DNA of 38,352 bases from NCBI GenBank assembly GCA_947168035.1, contig CAMVKF010000003.1:1-38352 (forward strand), given 5' to 3'. Both the position numbers and the translations under genes were made by a program. Below the pieces are notes generated by a model. That model worked only from the letters and a program-made list of their open reading frames with translations. It was not told where the DNA came from and made no database searches. The stretch is from an uncultured Clostridia bacterium. GTDB taxonomy: Bacteria; Bacillota; Clostridia; TANB77; CAG-508. Of this stretch, positions 1 through 8,497 are shown piece after piece (within the stretch, counting starts at the first letter, position 1; each line of letters begins with the position of its first letter).

Positions 1-1707
1 ATAACACCAAAGAATGCAGATGAAACAAGAATAACTTGGAGTACATCTAATAAAAGTATTGTAAGAGTAACAAGCACAGGTATAATTCATGGAGTGAAAA
101 CAGGAGCTGCAACAATTACAGCGAGAACAGGAAACGGAAAACAAGCAAAATGCAAAGTAACAGTAAAAGAGAGAACGGTAGCTTTAACAAGTATTAAAAT
201 GAATAGGACAAGTTTAGAAATTACAAAAGGAAATACATCCAACTTAAAAGCTATAATAACTCCAAGTAATGCTACTAACGTAAAATTAAAATGGACAAGT
301 TCTAATACAAACATTGCAACAGTAAAAAAGGAAACAAATTCAGAAACAAATGTAATAATAACAGCAAAAAAAGTTGGAACAGCTACAATCACAGTAACTT
401 CAAATAACGGAAAAACGGCAAAATGTAAGGTAACAGTAAAAAAAGCAACAAGTCAAAATTCTGGAGGAAATTCAGGAGGCGGTTCAAACAATTCAGGAGG
501 AGGCTCAAACAATTCAGGAGGAGGCTCAAATGGTTCACAAAGTAATAATCAATTGGAAGGTGTTGAATTAAAAGGTACGAAAATATATCTTTCAGAAGGG
601 AAAGAATATGAAAATGGATTAACAAAGAGCATATCTAACGATTATTATTTAGAATGGAAGAGCAAAGATAAAAAAATTGCAACTGTTAATTCAAATGGTA
701 AAATTAAGGCAGTAAAAAAAGGAGAAACTAAAATAATAGCTAAAATAAAAGATAGTAGTAATAAAAAAGTTAAAAAAGAATTAGAATGCAAAGTTGTAGT
801 CGTAAAGGCAACTATAAAAATGTATAAAAGTAATAGCGATGGAAAAATAAAACTTAAAATACAGGTTAATGACAAGAATCTTGACGATGTTGTTACAGAA
901 AAAAATAGAAAATATACTTGGGAACCTGAAAATGATAAATTAAAATTAAACGATAAATCTAATGGAAGACCAACTGTTGAAAGTATGAATAAAGATTCAG
1001 TAAAAGTAAAGGTAAAATGTGATGATACTACACAAAGTAACTCAGGAGTTAGAATAAAAATACGTGCTGAAGCTAAAATTAAGAAGAATAAATATAATGA
1101 GCTTAAAAATGGTGGTAGCTCATCTTCTGAACAAATTGAAATAAGATTATTTGCTACAAAATTATATATTACACCAGGTACAACATATAATCTTGCAGAA
1201 AAATCAACAGTAAAAATCAATGGAACAACAAAAAATATTAACAAATTAGGTAATGAATACGAAGTTAACTACTATGTTCTAAATCCTACTAAAGCAAAAT
1301 GTAAAGCTGGAAAAATAACAGGTTTAGCAGAAGGAACCACAGATATTAGTGTAACAGTAAAAAAAGGAAATCAAGTAAAAAGAGCATATTGTAAAGTACA
1401 TTTGGTAAAATGCACAATAAATTCAATATATGAAGGAAATAATATTTATAAATTGAGTTTAAAAGGTTCAAATGGAGATGCACAAGCTGCAATTGATTTA
1501 TGCGATAGGTTCAAATGGAAAAATAGTAGTAATTGTTTCCAATTAATTAAACCAACAGATAAGAAAACAGTAAAAGTTAAAAGGATTCTAGGTATTCCTA
1601 ATAATGGTAAAATAACAGCAACTTTTAGAGATAAACAATCTAATTCACCAGGAACTAAAGTTAAATTAGAAGCCACTATTATAAATTTAGGAAATAGGAT
1701 AGCATAA
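1..1707 (+). CDS. Ig-like (Big_2-type) repeat surface/secreted protein, 5'-truncated by window edge
   Basis: Frame 1 is open from base 1 (ITPKNADETRITWSTSNKSIVRVTSTGIIHGVKTGAATITA...). Repeated W.S.N..IATV...G.I.A.K.G.A.IT......K.A.CKVTV units are typical of Big_2 domains. Gly/Ser linker; stop at 1707 followed by a terminator. Confidence 0.85.
   Translation: MTPKNADETRITWSTSNKSIVRVTSTGIIHGVKTGAATITARTGNGKQAKCKVTVKERTVALTSIKMNRTSLEITKGNTSNLKAIITPSNATNVKLKWTSSNTNIATVKKETNSETNVIITAKKVGTATITVTSNNGKTAKCKVTVKKATSQNSGGNSGGGSNNSGGGSNNSGGGSNGSQSNNQLEGVELKGTKIYLSEGKEYENGLTKSISNDYYLEWKSKDKKIATVNSNGKIKAVKKGETKIIAKIKDSSNKKVKKELECKVVVVKATIKMYKSNSDGKIKLKIQVNDKNLDDVVTEKNRKYTWEPENDKLKLNDKSNGRPTVESMNKDSVKVKVKCDDTTQSNSGVRIKIRAEAKIKKNKYNELKNGGSSSSEQIEIRLFATKLYITPGTTYNLAEKSTVKINGTTKNINKLGNEYEVNYYVLNPTKAKCKAGKITGLAEGTTDISVTVKKGNQVKRAYCKVHLVKCTINSIYEGNNIYKLSLKGSNGDAQAAIDLCDRFKWKNSSNCFQLIKPTDKKTVKVKRILGIPNNGKITATFRDKQSNSPGTKVKLEATIINLGNRIA
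469..531 (+). repeat. 3 x 21-nt coding repeat (NSGGGSN) forming a Gly/Ser linker
   Basis: aattcaggaggcggttcaaac / aattcaggaggaggctcaaac / aattcaggaggaggctcaaat. Confidence 0.85.
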
Positions 1708-1714
1708 AAAATAT

Positions 1715-1747
1715 AAATTATCCCCCAAAATAATTGGGGGATAATTT
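1715..1747. terminator. Probable bidirectional intrinsic terminator
   Basis: aaattatcccccaa-aataa-ttgggggataattt perfect stem between two convergent stop codons. Confidence 0.8.
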
Positions 1748-2363
1748 AGTTAACAAAATATTTTAAACATTTTTCTACAGCATTTGCTTTAAAAATTACA
1801 TTTCCATGTTCAATTAAATTACTCTTAAAAACTAAAGAAGTACTTGCTAAAGTGGAAAATTCAGCAATTGTTGTATAAAATAAATTTGAAAATTTGTAAG
1901 ATTCATAAATATTAGAAAATACTAAGTAATACAAATTGTTGTACTCATATAAAGATATGTTTTTTGCAAATTCTTTCAAATTAGAAAGAGGTGTTTTTGC
2001 GCAATATGTACAAAAATTACAAAACTCCTCGAAATTCTCAAATTTATAAATTGCGTTTTTATGAACATTATTCAGTGATTTGCGTTTTATTTTTAGTTTT
2101 TTATTTGACTGCTCTGAATCAATTTTGTATTTTGTTAAAGTAAATACAATCATACCTTCTGATGTTGAAAATGCCTCAACAAGTAATCTACAACCTTGTA
2201 CTGTAAAGCCCACCTGTTTTTCTGCTTCTTTTAACAGGTTTTGAAATAAGGCAAAACTTTCGTTATCACTTTTGATTAAATTTTTTAAATCTATGTTTTC
2301 AGAAAGTTCATCTATATTAACAATAATTCTTATTTTATTATCGGTTAATTTTTCTATCTTCAT
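1746..2363 (-). CDS. mecA: Adaptor protein MecA (ClpC adaptor family)
   Basis: MKIEKLTDNKIRIIVNIDEL N-terminus, L.VEAF...EG....LTK, C-terminal IYKFENFEE, SLYEYNN.YYL, L.EHG.VI....AV; RBS AAGGAG upstream. Confidence 0.85.
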   Translation of the reverse strand: MKIEKLTDNKIRIIVNIDELSENIDLKNLIKSDNESFALFQNLLKEAEKQVGFTVQGCRLLVEAFSTSEGMIVFTLTKYKIDSEQSNKKLKIKRKSLNNVHKNAIYKFENFEEFCNFCTYCAKTPLSNLKEFAKNISLYEYNNLYYLVFSNIYESYKFSNLFYTTIAEFSTLASTSLVFKSNLIEHGNVIFKANAVEKCLKYFVN

Positions 2364-2383
2364 ATAAATTATACTCCTTTTAA

Positions 2384-2409
2384 ATTATATGCAAAAATAA
2401 AATATGTGC
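2384..2409 (-). promoter_or_regulatory. Putative SigK/SigE-type promoter upstream of mecA
   Basis: Minus strand GCACAT-N12-CATATAAT; same motif and spacing at 12519-12544 (-) and 36286-36311 (+). Confidence 0.45.
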
Positions 2410-2476
2410 TAAAAATATTATACAACATTTTTAAAAATATTTAAAGCTACAATTTTTGGAAGAAAATTTTTTGTTT

Positions 2477-2505
2477 ATATTAGCATAAAATACATATTTT
2501 GTCAA
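2477..2505 (-). promoter_or_regulatory. SigA-type promoter for mecA
   Basis: Minus strand TTGACA-17 nt-TAATAT with TGn extended -10. Confidence 0.65.
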
Positions 2506-2551
2506 ATATGGAGTATTAGAGTATTTAGTTTTATACTTCATACTTTTTATT

Positions 2552-2568
2552 TGTAATATAAATGTAAT
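2552..2568 (+). promoter_or_regulatory. WalR/OmpR-family-like direct repeat
   Basis: TGTAAT-ataaa-TGTAAT matches TGTWAH-N5-TGTWAH; lies upstream of surface-protein genes. Confidence 0.45.
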
Positions 2569-2710
2569 AAAACTAGAAAATGCTTAAAAATAAACATAAA
2601 TTAAGAAAAAAATGTGAAAACAAAATTTACCAAAAAAAATTTTTGAAAAAACTATTGAAAAATTGTTTTTAATATGAGAAAATATATTTAGTTTTTAAAA
2701 GAAGGGACGA

Positions 2711-3724
2711 ATGAAAATGAATAAAAAAATCTTAATCACAATAACGAGTGTTGTTATTATTTTAAACATATTGGTAAGTAATGTTTTTGCAACAAATATA
2801 TGTACAATATTTTTTAATACAAGTAATATTACTCCTAAAAGAGAAGAAGAAGTGGAAGTTACCATTTCAGTAAAAGATATTACTAAATCTATTGCAATTT
2901 GCAAGGTATTTTTAAATTATGATAATACAAAATTAGATTTGCTAGAAAAAAAAGAATTAAATAATTGGCAAAGTATGTCTGTGGAAGGAATGTATACATT
3001 TACATTTATAGAAGGAACAACAACTAATGGAGATATTTGCAAATTTAGATTTAAAGTAAAATCAAATGCAGAAATTGGAGATACAACAATCACATTTAAA
3101 GATATACAAATAGCCACCAGTGAAGGTAACGAAATAGTAACTTTAGATAATTTAGAACAAAAAATTACAATTAAAGAAAAAAATGATGACAATGGAAACC
3201 AACAAGATAATAATAACCAAAATGATAACAACGGAAACAATGAAAATCAACAAGATAATAATAACCAAAATGACAACAACGGAAACAATGAAAACCAACA
3301 AGAGAATAATAACCAAAATGACAACAACGGAAACAATGAAAATCAACAAGATAATAATAACCAAAATGACAACAACGGAAACAATGAAAACCAACAAGAG
3401 AATAATAACCAAAATGACAACAACGGAAACAATGAAAATCAACAAGATAATAATAACCAAAACAACAACGATGGAAACAATGAAAATCAACAAGATAATA
3501 ATAACCAAAACAACAATGATGGAAACAATGGAAATCAACAAGATAATAATAGTCAAAATATAAAAATAATAAAAGCCTATGATAACACTCAAGACAATAC
3601 TAAAAGTTCAAAAACATTACCAAAAACAGGAAAAACACAAGTTATAATTTTAGGAAGTATTTTAGTATTTGCTGTTTTAGCAGTTGTATTTTATAAAAAT
3701 AGCCAAAAATACAAAGGAATATAA
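2711..3724 (+). CDS. Cohesin-like domain, Asn/Gln-rich linker, LPKTG sortase-anchored surface protein (start may be 2717)
   Basis: Signal peptide; V.V.ISV......L.YD...L....GDICKFRFKVK cohesin-like pattern; N/Q/D repeats; LPKTG + hydrophobic helix + basic tail. Confidence 0.8.
   Translation: MKMNKKILITITSVVIILNILVSNVFATNICTIFFNTSNITPKREEEVEVTISVKDITKSIAICKVFLNYDNTKLDLLEKKELNNWQSMSVEGMYTFTFIEGTTTNGDICKFRFKVKSNAEIGDTTITFKDIQIATSEGNEIVTLDNLEQKITIKEKNDDNGNQQDNNNQNDNNGNNENQQDNNNQNDNNGNNENQQENNNQNDNNGNNENQQDNNNQNDNNGNNENQQENNNQNDNNGNNENQQDNNNQNNNDGNNENQQDNNNQNNNDGNNGNQQDNNSQNIKIIKAYDNTQDNTKSSKTLPKTGKTQVIILGSILVFAVLAVVFYKNSQKYKGI
3192..3551 (+). repeat. ~6 x 60-nt coding tandem repeat (NENQQDNNNQNDNNGN-type)
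   Basis: aatgaaaatcaacaagataataataaccaaaatgacaacaacggaaac recurs with a 60-nt period (3240, 3300/3360, 3420, 3480 lines). Confidence 0.8.
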
Positions 3725-3742
3725 TAAGGAATGGTAAGAAAA

Positions 3743-4460
3743 ATGAAAAAAAAGATACTGACAATAATTAGTGTAATTTTAATACTATTTGCTATATTTG
3801 TTGGTTATACATATGGTGCAGATATATGTAATCTAGATGTTAAATTGGAGCCAAGTATCCAACAAATAAAAGATGAGCTTTATGTAACGGTTTCAGTAAA
3901 TAATATTACAAAAGAAATATTAGGTGTAAGTTTTTCATTAGAGTATGACAAAGATATTTTCGAAATTGAAGGAGATAGTTGTTTTGAAGGATGGACTTCT
4001 CTTCCGCGAATAGAAAACAGTTTTACATTTTTTACATCTGATTATAAAGCTTCGCGGTGAGGAAGGAGATATCGCAAAAATCAAATTAAAACTAAAAGAA
4101 AATGCTGATTTGCACGATTTTGACATAAGGTTAAAAAATATAAAAATAGCGGATGATAGTACATTAGAAAGCACTATTCCAGATGTAGTAAAAAAAGTAC
4201 AAATTAAAGAAGAAAAAATAACAGAAACTATAGATAAAAAAGAGCAAGTCGGCCAACAAATAGAGCAAGAACAAAATAAAGAAACGGAAATAGATAATGA
4301 AAATAGTTCAATTTCAGAAGTTGAACTTATTGATACAGATTTAGTAACAACTAAAAGTAGAAGAATTTCATATATGTATATAATATTAATTGTAGTATTA
4401 ATATTGTTTATATTATTAGTAGGAAAAATATTCTATCATAATAGAAAAAGTGAAAATTAA
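3743..4460 (+). CDS. Cohesin-like domain membrane-anchored protein (~238 aa), reconstructed across a +1 frameshift at CGG 4055-4057
   Basis: ORF 3731-4060 ends TCG CGG TGA. Skipping C4055 gives ...DYKAS-GEEGDIAKIKLKLKENADLHDF..., in frame with ORF 4110-4460 and collinear with the upstream paralog (NGDICKFRFKVKSNA). Signal peptide and C-terminal TM helix present. Confidence 0.75.
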
Positions 4461-4479
4461 AATTTTCACTTTTTTTTTT
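4445..4479 (+). terminator. Intrinsic terminator overlapping the stop codon
   Basis: aaaaagtgaaaatt-a-aaattttcactttttttttt stem with long T tract. Confidence 0.75.
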
Positions 4480-4488
4480 GCTTTATAC

Positions 4489-4517
4489 TTGAAAAAACTA
4501 CAAAATGAATATATAAT
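4489..4517 (+). promoter_or_regulatory. SigA promoter of the DUF4321-radC-mre operon
   Basis: TTGAAA (4489-4494)-17 nt-TATAAT (4512-4517). Confidence 0.7.
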
Positions 4518-4542
4518 ATAAAAGTCTTAATTCCGTAAGAAA

Positions 4543-4665
4543 GGTTGAAAAATATTTGGACAAATTCGTCGTTAAACTTCGCTGCGAAAGTCCTCAATGT
4601 ACAAATAGTACACCTCCGGCTTTCTTGCTTGTTTGCCTAGAATTTGCCTCAAATCTTTTCCAACC
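4543..4665. repeat. Long imperfect palindrome in the 5' leader (REP/MITE-like or structured leader)
   Basis: ggttg/caacc, caaattc/gaatttg, gaaagtc/ggctttc, gtac-aaata-gtac nested arms; GC richer than its surroundings. Confidence 0.55.
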
Positions 4666-4723
4666 AGTTTTGTGACTTAAGAAATGTATGAGAGTAAAAA
4701 TTAAAACAAAGGAGGATATATTT

Positions 4724-4981
4724 ATGGCAACGAGAGATAAAAATTTTTGGATAATGTTAATATTTATTTTATGTGGACTAGTAATAGGTGGGTTACTAGG
4801 CGATTTAGCAGGAAATATAAATGGATTATGGTGGTTAGCTTTTGGACAAGAATTTGGTTTAGAAAATCCACTTGTTTTGAATTTAAGCATTTTAAAAATC
4901 ACATTTGCATTTTTAATTAAAATAAATATTGCAAGCATAATAGGAATGGCAATAGGAATATTTTTGTACAGAAAAATTTAA
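4724..4981 (+). CDS. DUF4321 family small membrane protein
   Basis: RBS GGAGG at 4711; MATRDKNFWIMLIFILCGLVIGGLLG...WLAFGQEFGL..P.VLNL.IL.ITF...I.INIASIIG; usual position upstream of maf/radC in Clostridia. Confidence 0.8.
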   Translation: MATRDKNFWIMLIFILCGLVIGGLLGDLAGNINGLWWLAFGQEFGLENPLVLNLSILKITFAFLIKINIASIIGMAIGIFLYRKI

Positions 4982-5008
4982 AACATAAGGGGCAGAAAGG
5001 AATTATTT

Positions 5009-5716
5009 TTGACAATAAAAGAATTACCAGAAACTGAAAGACCATATGAAAAATTAGAACTATATGGAGAAAAAAATCTAAGTAATGCAGAACTTCTTGC
5101 AATAATAATAAAAACAGGAACAAAAGAACTTACAAGTGTGGATATTGCAAGAGAAATACTTAATTTAAATGATAGATACAAAGAAGATAGTTTAGCCTTT
5201 CTAAAATATTTAAGTATAGAAAACTTATGCCAAATAAAAGGTGTAGGAAGGGTAAAGGCCATTCAACTAAAAGCTATTTGTGAACTAAGTTCTAGAATGA
5301 ATTTACCTTCAAACTATAGAAAAATTACTGTGAAAGAGCCAAATGATATAGCAAAAATACTAATGGATGACCTAAAATACGAAAAAAAAGAGATAGCAAA
5401 AGTTGTTTTATTAGATAATAAATGCAATATTTTAAAAATAAAAAATATTGCAATGGGTGGAAACAATTTTGTAAATATTACTATGAGAGAAGTTTTACAA
5501 GAGGCAGTAAAGGAAAACTGCCCAAAAATTATAATTGCACATAATCATCCAAGTGGTTCTGCAATTCCAAGCAATCAAGATATAGAAATAACAAAAAAAC
5601 TAGAAAAAGCAGGAGAAACTCTTGGAGTACAACTTTTAGATCACATAGTAATTGGAAATAATGAATATACAAGTATAAAAACAATAGAAAAATGGAAGGC
5701 TAAGTTTGAAAAATAA
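5009..5716 (+). CDS. radC: RadC (UPF0758, JAB/MPN domain) protein
   Basis: ELP..ERPYEKL...G...LS.AELLAIII.TG; IKGVG.VKA; AHNHPSG...PS..D; LLDHIVIG. Confidence 0.95.
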   Translation: MTIKELPETERPYEKLELYGEKNLSNAELLAIIIKTGTKELTSVDIAREILNLNDRYKEDSLAFLKYLSIENLCQIKGVGRVKAIQLKAICELSSRMNLPSNYRKITVKEPNDIAKILMDDLKYEKKEIAKVVLLDNKCNILKIKNIAMGGNNFVNITMREVLQEAVKENCPKIIIAHNHPSGSAIPSNQDIEITKKLEKAGETLGVQLLDHIVIGNNEYTSIKTIEKWKAKFEK

Positions 5717-5793
5717 TTGGCACAATTCTTTTCCAAACTGGTATGTGCTTTTTAGAAAGGTATAATTTTCATTAGGAAAGGAATAAATTTGAA

Positions 5794-6834
5794 ATGGATT
5801 GGTTAAAATTATTTAGATTGGGTTCAAAAGATATAGGCATAGATTTGGGAACTGCAAATGTTTTAATAACATTAAAAGGCAAAGGAATAGTTTTGAGAGA
5901 ACCTTCAGTTGTAGCAATAGACGTAAAAACTGGAGAGATAAAAGCGACAGGGCATGAAGCAAAAGAAATGCTTGGAAGAACACCAGAAACAATACAAGCT
6001 GTTAGGCCTATGAAAGATGGTGTAATAGCAGATTTTACGGCAACGAGATTAATGCTTAAAAATATGCTAAGAAAAGTATGTACCAGGTATAATGCAGGTA
6101 GACCAAGAGTTGTAGTTGGAGTCCCTTCTGGAATAACAGAAGTTGAAGAACGTGCAGTAGAAGAAACAATAATGCAAGCAGGTGCAAAAGAAGTATATTT
6201 ATTAGAAGAACCTATGGCAGCAGCAGTAGGTGCTGGAATAAATGTTGCAGAGCCTAGTGGAAGTATGATAGTAGATATTGGTGGAGGAACAACAGAAGTT
6301 GCAGTAATTTCACTTGGTGGAATTGTTGTTAGTAATTCACTTCGCATAGCAGGAGATGAATTAGATGAAGATATTATAAATTACATAAAAAGGGAAAGAA
6401 ACCTAGCAATAGGGGAAACAACAGCAGAACAAATAAAAATGAACATAGGGTGTGCAATGCCTTTAATGACAGATGTTCAAATGGAAATAAGAGGAAGAGA
6501 TTTAAAAACAGGTCTTCCAAGGAATATTAATGTTAGATCATCACAAATAATGACTGCAATGGGTGAATCAATAACTAAAATAGTAGATACAGTAAAACAA
6601 ACCCTAGAAAAAACACCTCCAGAGCTTGCAGCAGATTTAGTTGAAAAGGGAATATATCTTGCAGGGGGAGGAGCATTGCTTCAAAATTTTGATAAATTAT
6701 TGAGCTTAGAAACTAATATGCCTGTAATTATTGCAGATAGTCCCTTAGATTGTGTTGTAAATGGAACAGGAAAAACTTTAGAAGACCTTGAAAAACTTAA
6801 AAGTGTATTAAAAAATAGAAGATATAGAAGGTAA
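5794..6834 (+). CDS. mreB: Rod shape-determining protein MreB
   Basis: DIGIDLGTAN, EPSVVA, RPMKDGVIADF, EEPMAAA.GAG, VDIGGGTTEVAVISLGG, LE.TPPELAAD, GGGALL. Confidence 0.97.
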   Translation: MDWLKLFRLGSKDIGIDLGTANVLITLKGKGIVLREPSVVAIDVKTGEIKATGHEAKEMLGRTPETIQAVRPMKDGVIADFTATRLMLKNMLRKVCTRYNAGRPRVVVGVPSGITEVEERAVEETIMQAGAKEVYLLEEPMAAAVGAGINVAEPSGSMIVDIGGGTTEVAVISLGGIVVSNSLRIAGDELDEDIINYIKRERNLAIGETTAEQIKMNIGCAMPLMTDVQMEIRGRDLKTGLPRNINVRSSQIMTAMGESITKIVDTVKQTLEKTPPELAADLVEKGIYLAGGGALLQNFDKLLSLETNMPVIIADSPLDCVVNGTGKTLEDLEKLKSVLKNRRYRR

Positions 6835-6856
6835 GTTAAAGAAAGGATAAATTATT

Positions 6857-7675
6857 ATGTATAAGAGCGATAAAAAAGGAAAAATAATTGGAATAATAAT
6901 AACAGTAATTATTTTGATTATATTGGTTGTTTTAACTAATATAGAAAATAGTAATTTATCTTATATTGAAAATATAGGCAGTAAAATAGTAAACCCAATA
7001 CAAAATGGATTAATATATTTAAAAAATAAGCTACATGGAAATACGTCTTTTTTTACTAATATAAATGATTTAAAAAATGAAAATGAGAGTTTAAGTAAGA
7101 AAAACAGTGAGCTCGAAGAAAAACTAAGAGAATTTGAAACTATAAAAGCAGAAAACAGCACATTAAAAGCTCATTTAAATTTAAGCGAAAAATATGTTGA
7201 TTTTAAAACAGTAGCTGCTGATGTAATTGCGAGAGATATAAGTAATTACTCGAAAACAATAATTATTAATGTAGGCAAAAAAAGTGGAATACAAGAAAAT
7301 ATGACAGTTATTGCAGCTGAAGGATTAGTAGGACATGTAATTTCTGTTACAGATACAACCTCAAAAGTTCAGACAATAATTGATTCAGCAAGTAATACAA
7401 GTTCTATTTTAAGTTCATCTAGAGATAGTATAGTATGCAAAGGAATACTTGGAGAAAATAAAACTCTTAAAGGTGTATATATACCAACAGAAGCACCAAT
7501 AGCTGTTGGAGATACAGTGGAAACATCAGGATTAGGTGGAATATATCCAAAGGGAATTTACATTGGTAAGGTCTCAAAAGTTGTAAACACAACCAATTTA
7601 AATGATAGATATGTAAATATTGAAACAGGAGTTGAATATAACAAGTTGGAGACAGTACTTGTAATAACTAATTAA
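6857..7675 (+). CDS. mreC: Rod shape-determining protein MreC
   Basis: N-terminal TM, coiled coil (LKNENESL...ENSTLK), INVGKKSGI..NM.V....GLVG.V, GD.VETSGLGGIYPKGI.IG. Confidence 0.95.
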   Translation: MYKSDKKGKIIGIIITVIILIILVVLTNIENSNLSYIENIGSKIVNPIQNGLIYLKNKLHGNTSFFTNINDLKNENESLSKKNSELEEKLREFETIKAENSTLKAHLNLSEKYVDFKTVAADVIARDISNYSKTIIINVGKKSGIQENMTVIAAEGLVGHVISVTDTTSKVQTIIDSASNTSSILSSSRDSIVCKGILGENKTLKGVYIPTEAPIAVGDTVETSGLGGIYPKGIYIGKVSKVVNTTNLNDRYVNIETGVEYNKLETVLVITN

Positions 7676-7684
7676 CATTGAATT

Positions 7685-7906
7685 GAATTCTTGCTACAAT
7701 TCACAGCTATTCTCATTAAAAGTCCGCGCCAGTGATTAATATATAATTTTTATGAGGACAGGGTGTGCAGGGCTGTTCAAAGATTTCCAAAAGTCCGTAA
7801 GGACTTTTGTCGAAATCTTTAGAATAGGCAGGACGATTAAAAATTATATATTAATCACGTTAGGCAGGACTAGAATAATTTAAAGGCTGTGAATTGTTAC
7901 GAATTC
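7685..7906. repeat. ~220-bp nested palindromic element (MITE/REP-like), long copy
   Basis: gaattc ends; acaattcacagc/gctgtgaattgt; perfect 21-bp arms 7732-7752 / 7838-7858; apical aaaagtcc-GTAA-ggactttt; related shorter copy at 12203-12311. Confidence 0.8.
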
Positions 7907-7947
7907 TTTTCCAAACCAGTCTTCTTAGTGAAAGGGATGGACTTTAA

Positions 7948-8482
7948 ATGAAAAAATTTATAATTAATATATTATTAATAATAACATTTATACTTATATA
8001 TTTATTGCAAATAAACTTTTTTAGTGGTTTTAAAATTGCACGGTGTAATGCCAAACCTAATAGTAATATTAGTACTTTTTATTGGGCTGTTTTCTAGCCA
8101 AGCTACAGGCATAACTTATGGTGTACTTTTAGGAATTTTTTTTGACTTGAATTTAGGAAAAAGAATAGGTATTTCAGGAATAATGCTAGGAGTTGTAGGC
8201 TTTTTAGGAGGGCTTTTAGATAAGAACTTTTCAAAAGAAAGTAAAATTACAATAATAATTATGGTGTTACTTACAACCTGTATATATGAAATAGGTAATT
8301 ACATATTTGGATATTTTATGTACAAATATGATTTTGAATTTATATCTTTTATAAAAATATTAGTTATAGAAAGCATTTATAATGCTATATTAACCATAAT
8401 TTTATATCCAATTATAAAACTATTTGGGTACAAAATTGAAGAAGAATATAAAGGAAATAAAATACTTACTAGATATTTCTAA
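7948..8482 (+). CDS. mreD: Rod shape-determining protein MreD (~177 aa), reconstructed across a +1 frameshift at CGG 8041-8043
   Basis: ATG 7948 with RBS AAAGGGA gives MKKFIINILLIITFILIYLLQINFFSGFKIA. Skipping C8041 continues GVMPNLIVILVLFIG...G..YG...G.FFD (MreD pattern). Located between mreC and pbp2. Confidence 0.88.
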
Positions 8483-8497
8483 AAAGAAGGTGAGATA

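Noticed and set aside
3152-3592. Very hydrophobic minus-strand ORF and the MKINKIIITK ORF
   Set aside because: Shadows of the Asn/Gln repeat in the LPKTG protein; no RBS.
2711-4460. Cellulosome scaffoldin
   Set aside because: Only single cohesin-like domains per protein, with no dockerin or glycoside hydrolase genes in the window.
5009-5716. radC as a marker of a mobile element
   Set aside because: Full-length chromosomal form in its usual position upstream of mreB.
205-6006. AGG (or CGA) as additional frameshift-triggering codons
   Set aside because: In-frame AGG occurs in uninterrupted genes (205-207; 6004-6006 in the conserved VRP of MreB) and CGA reads through in frame in B1 (MRKIL), so the effect appears specific to CGG.
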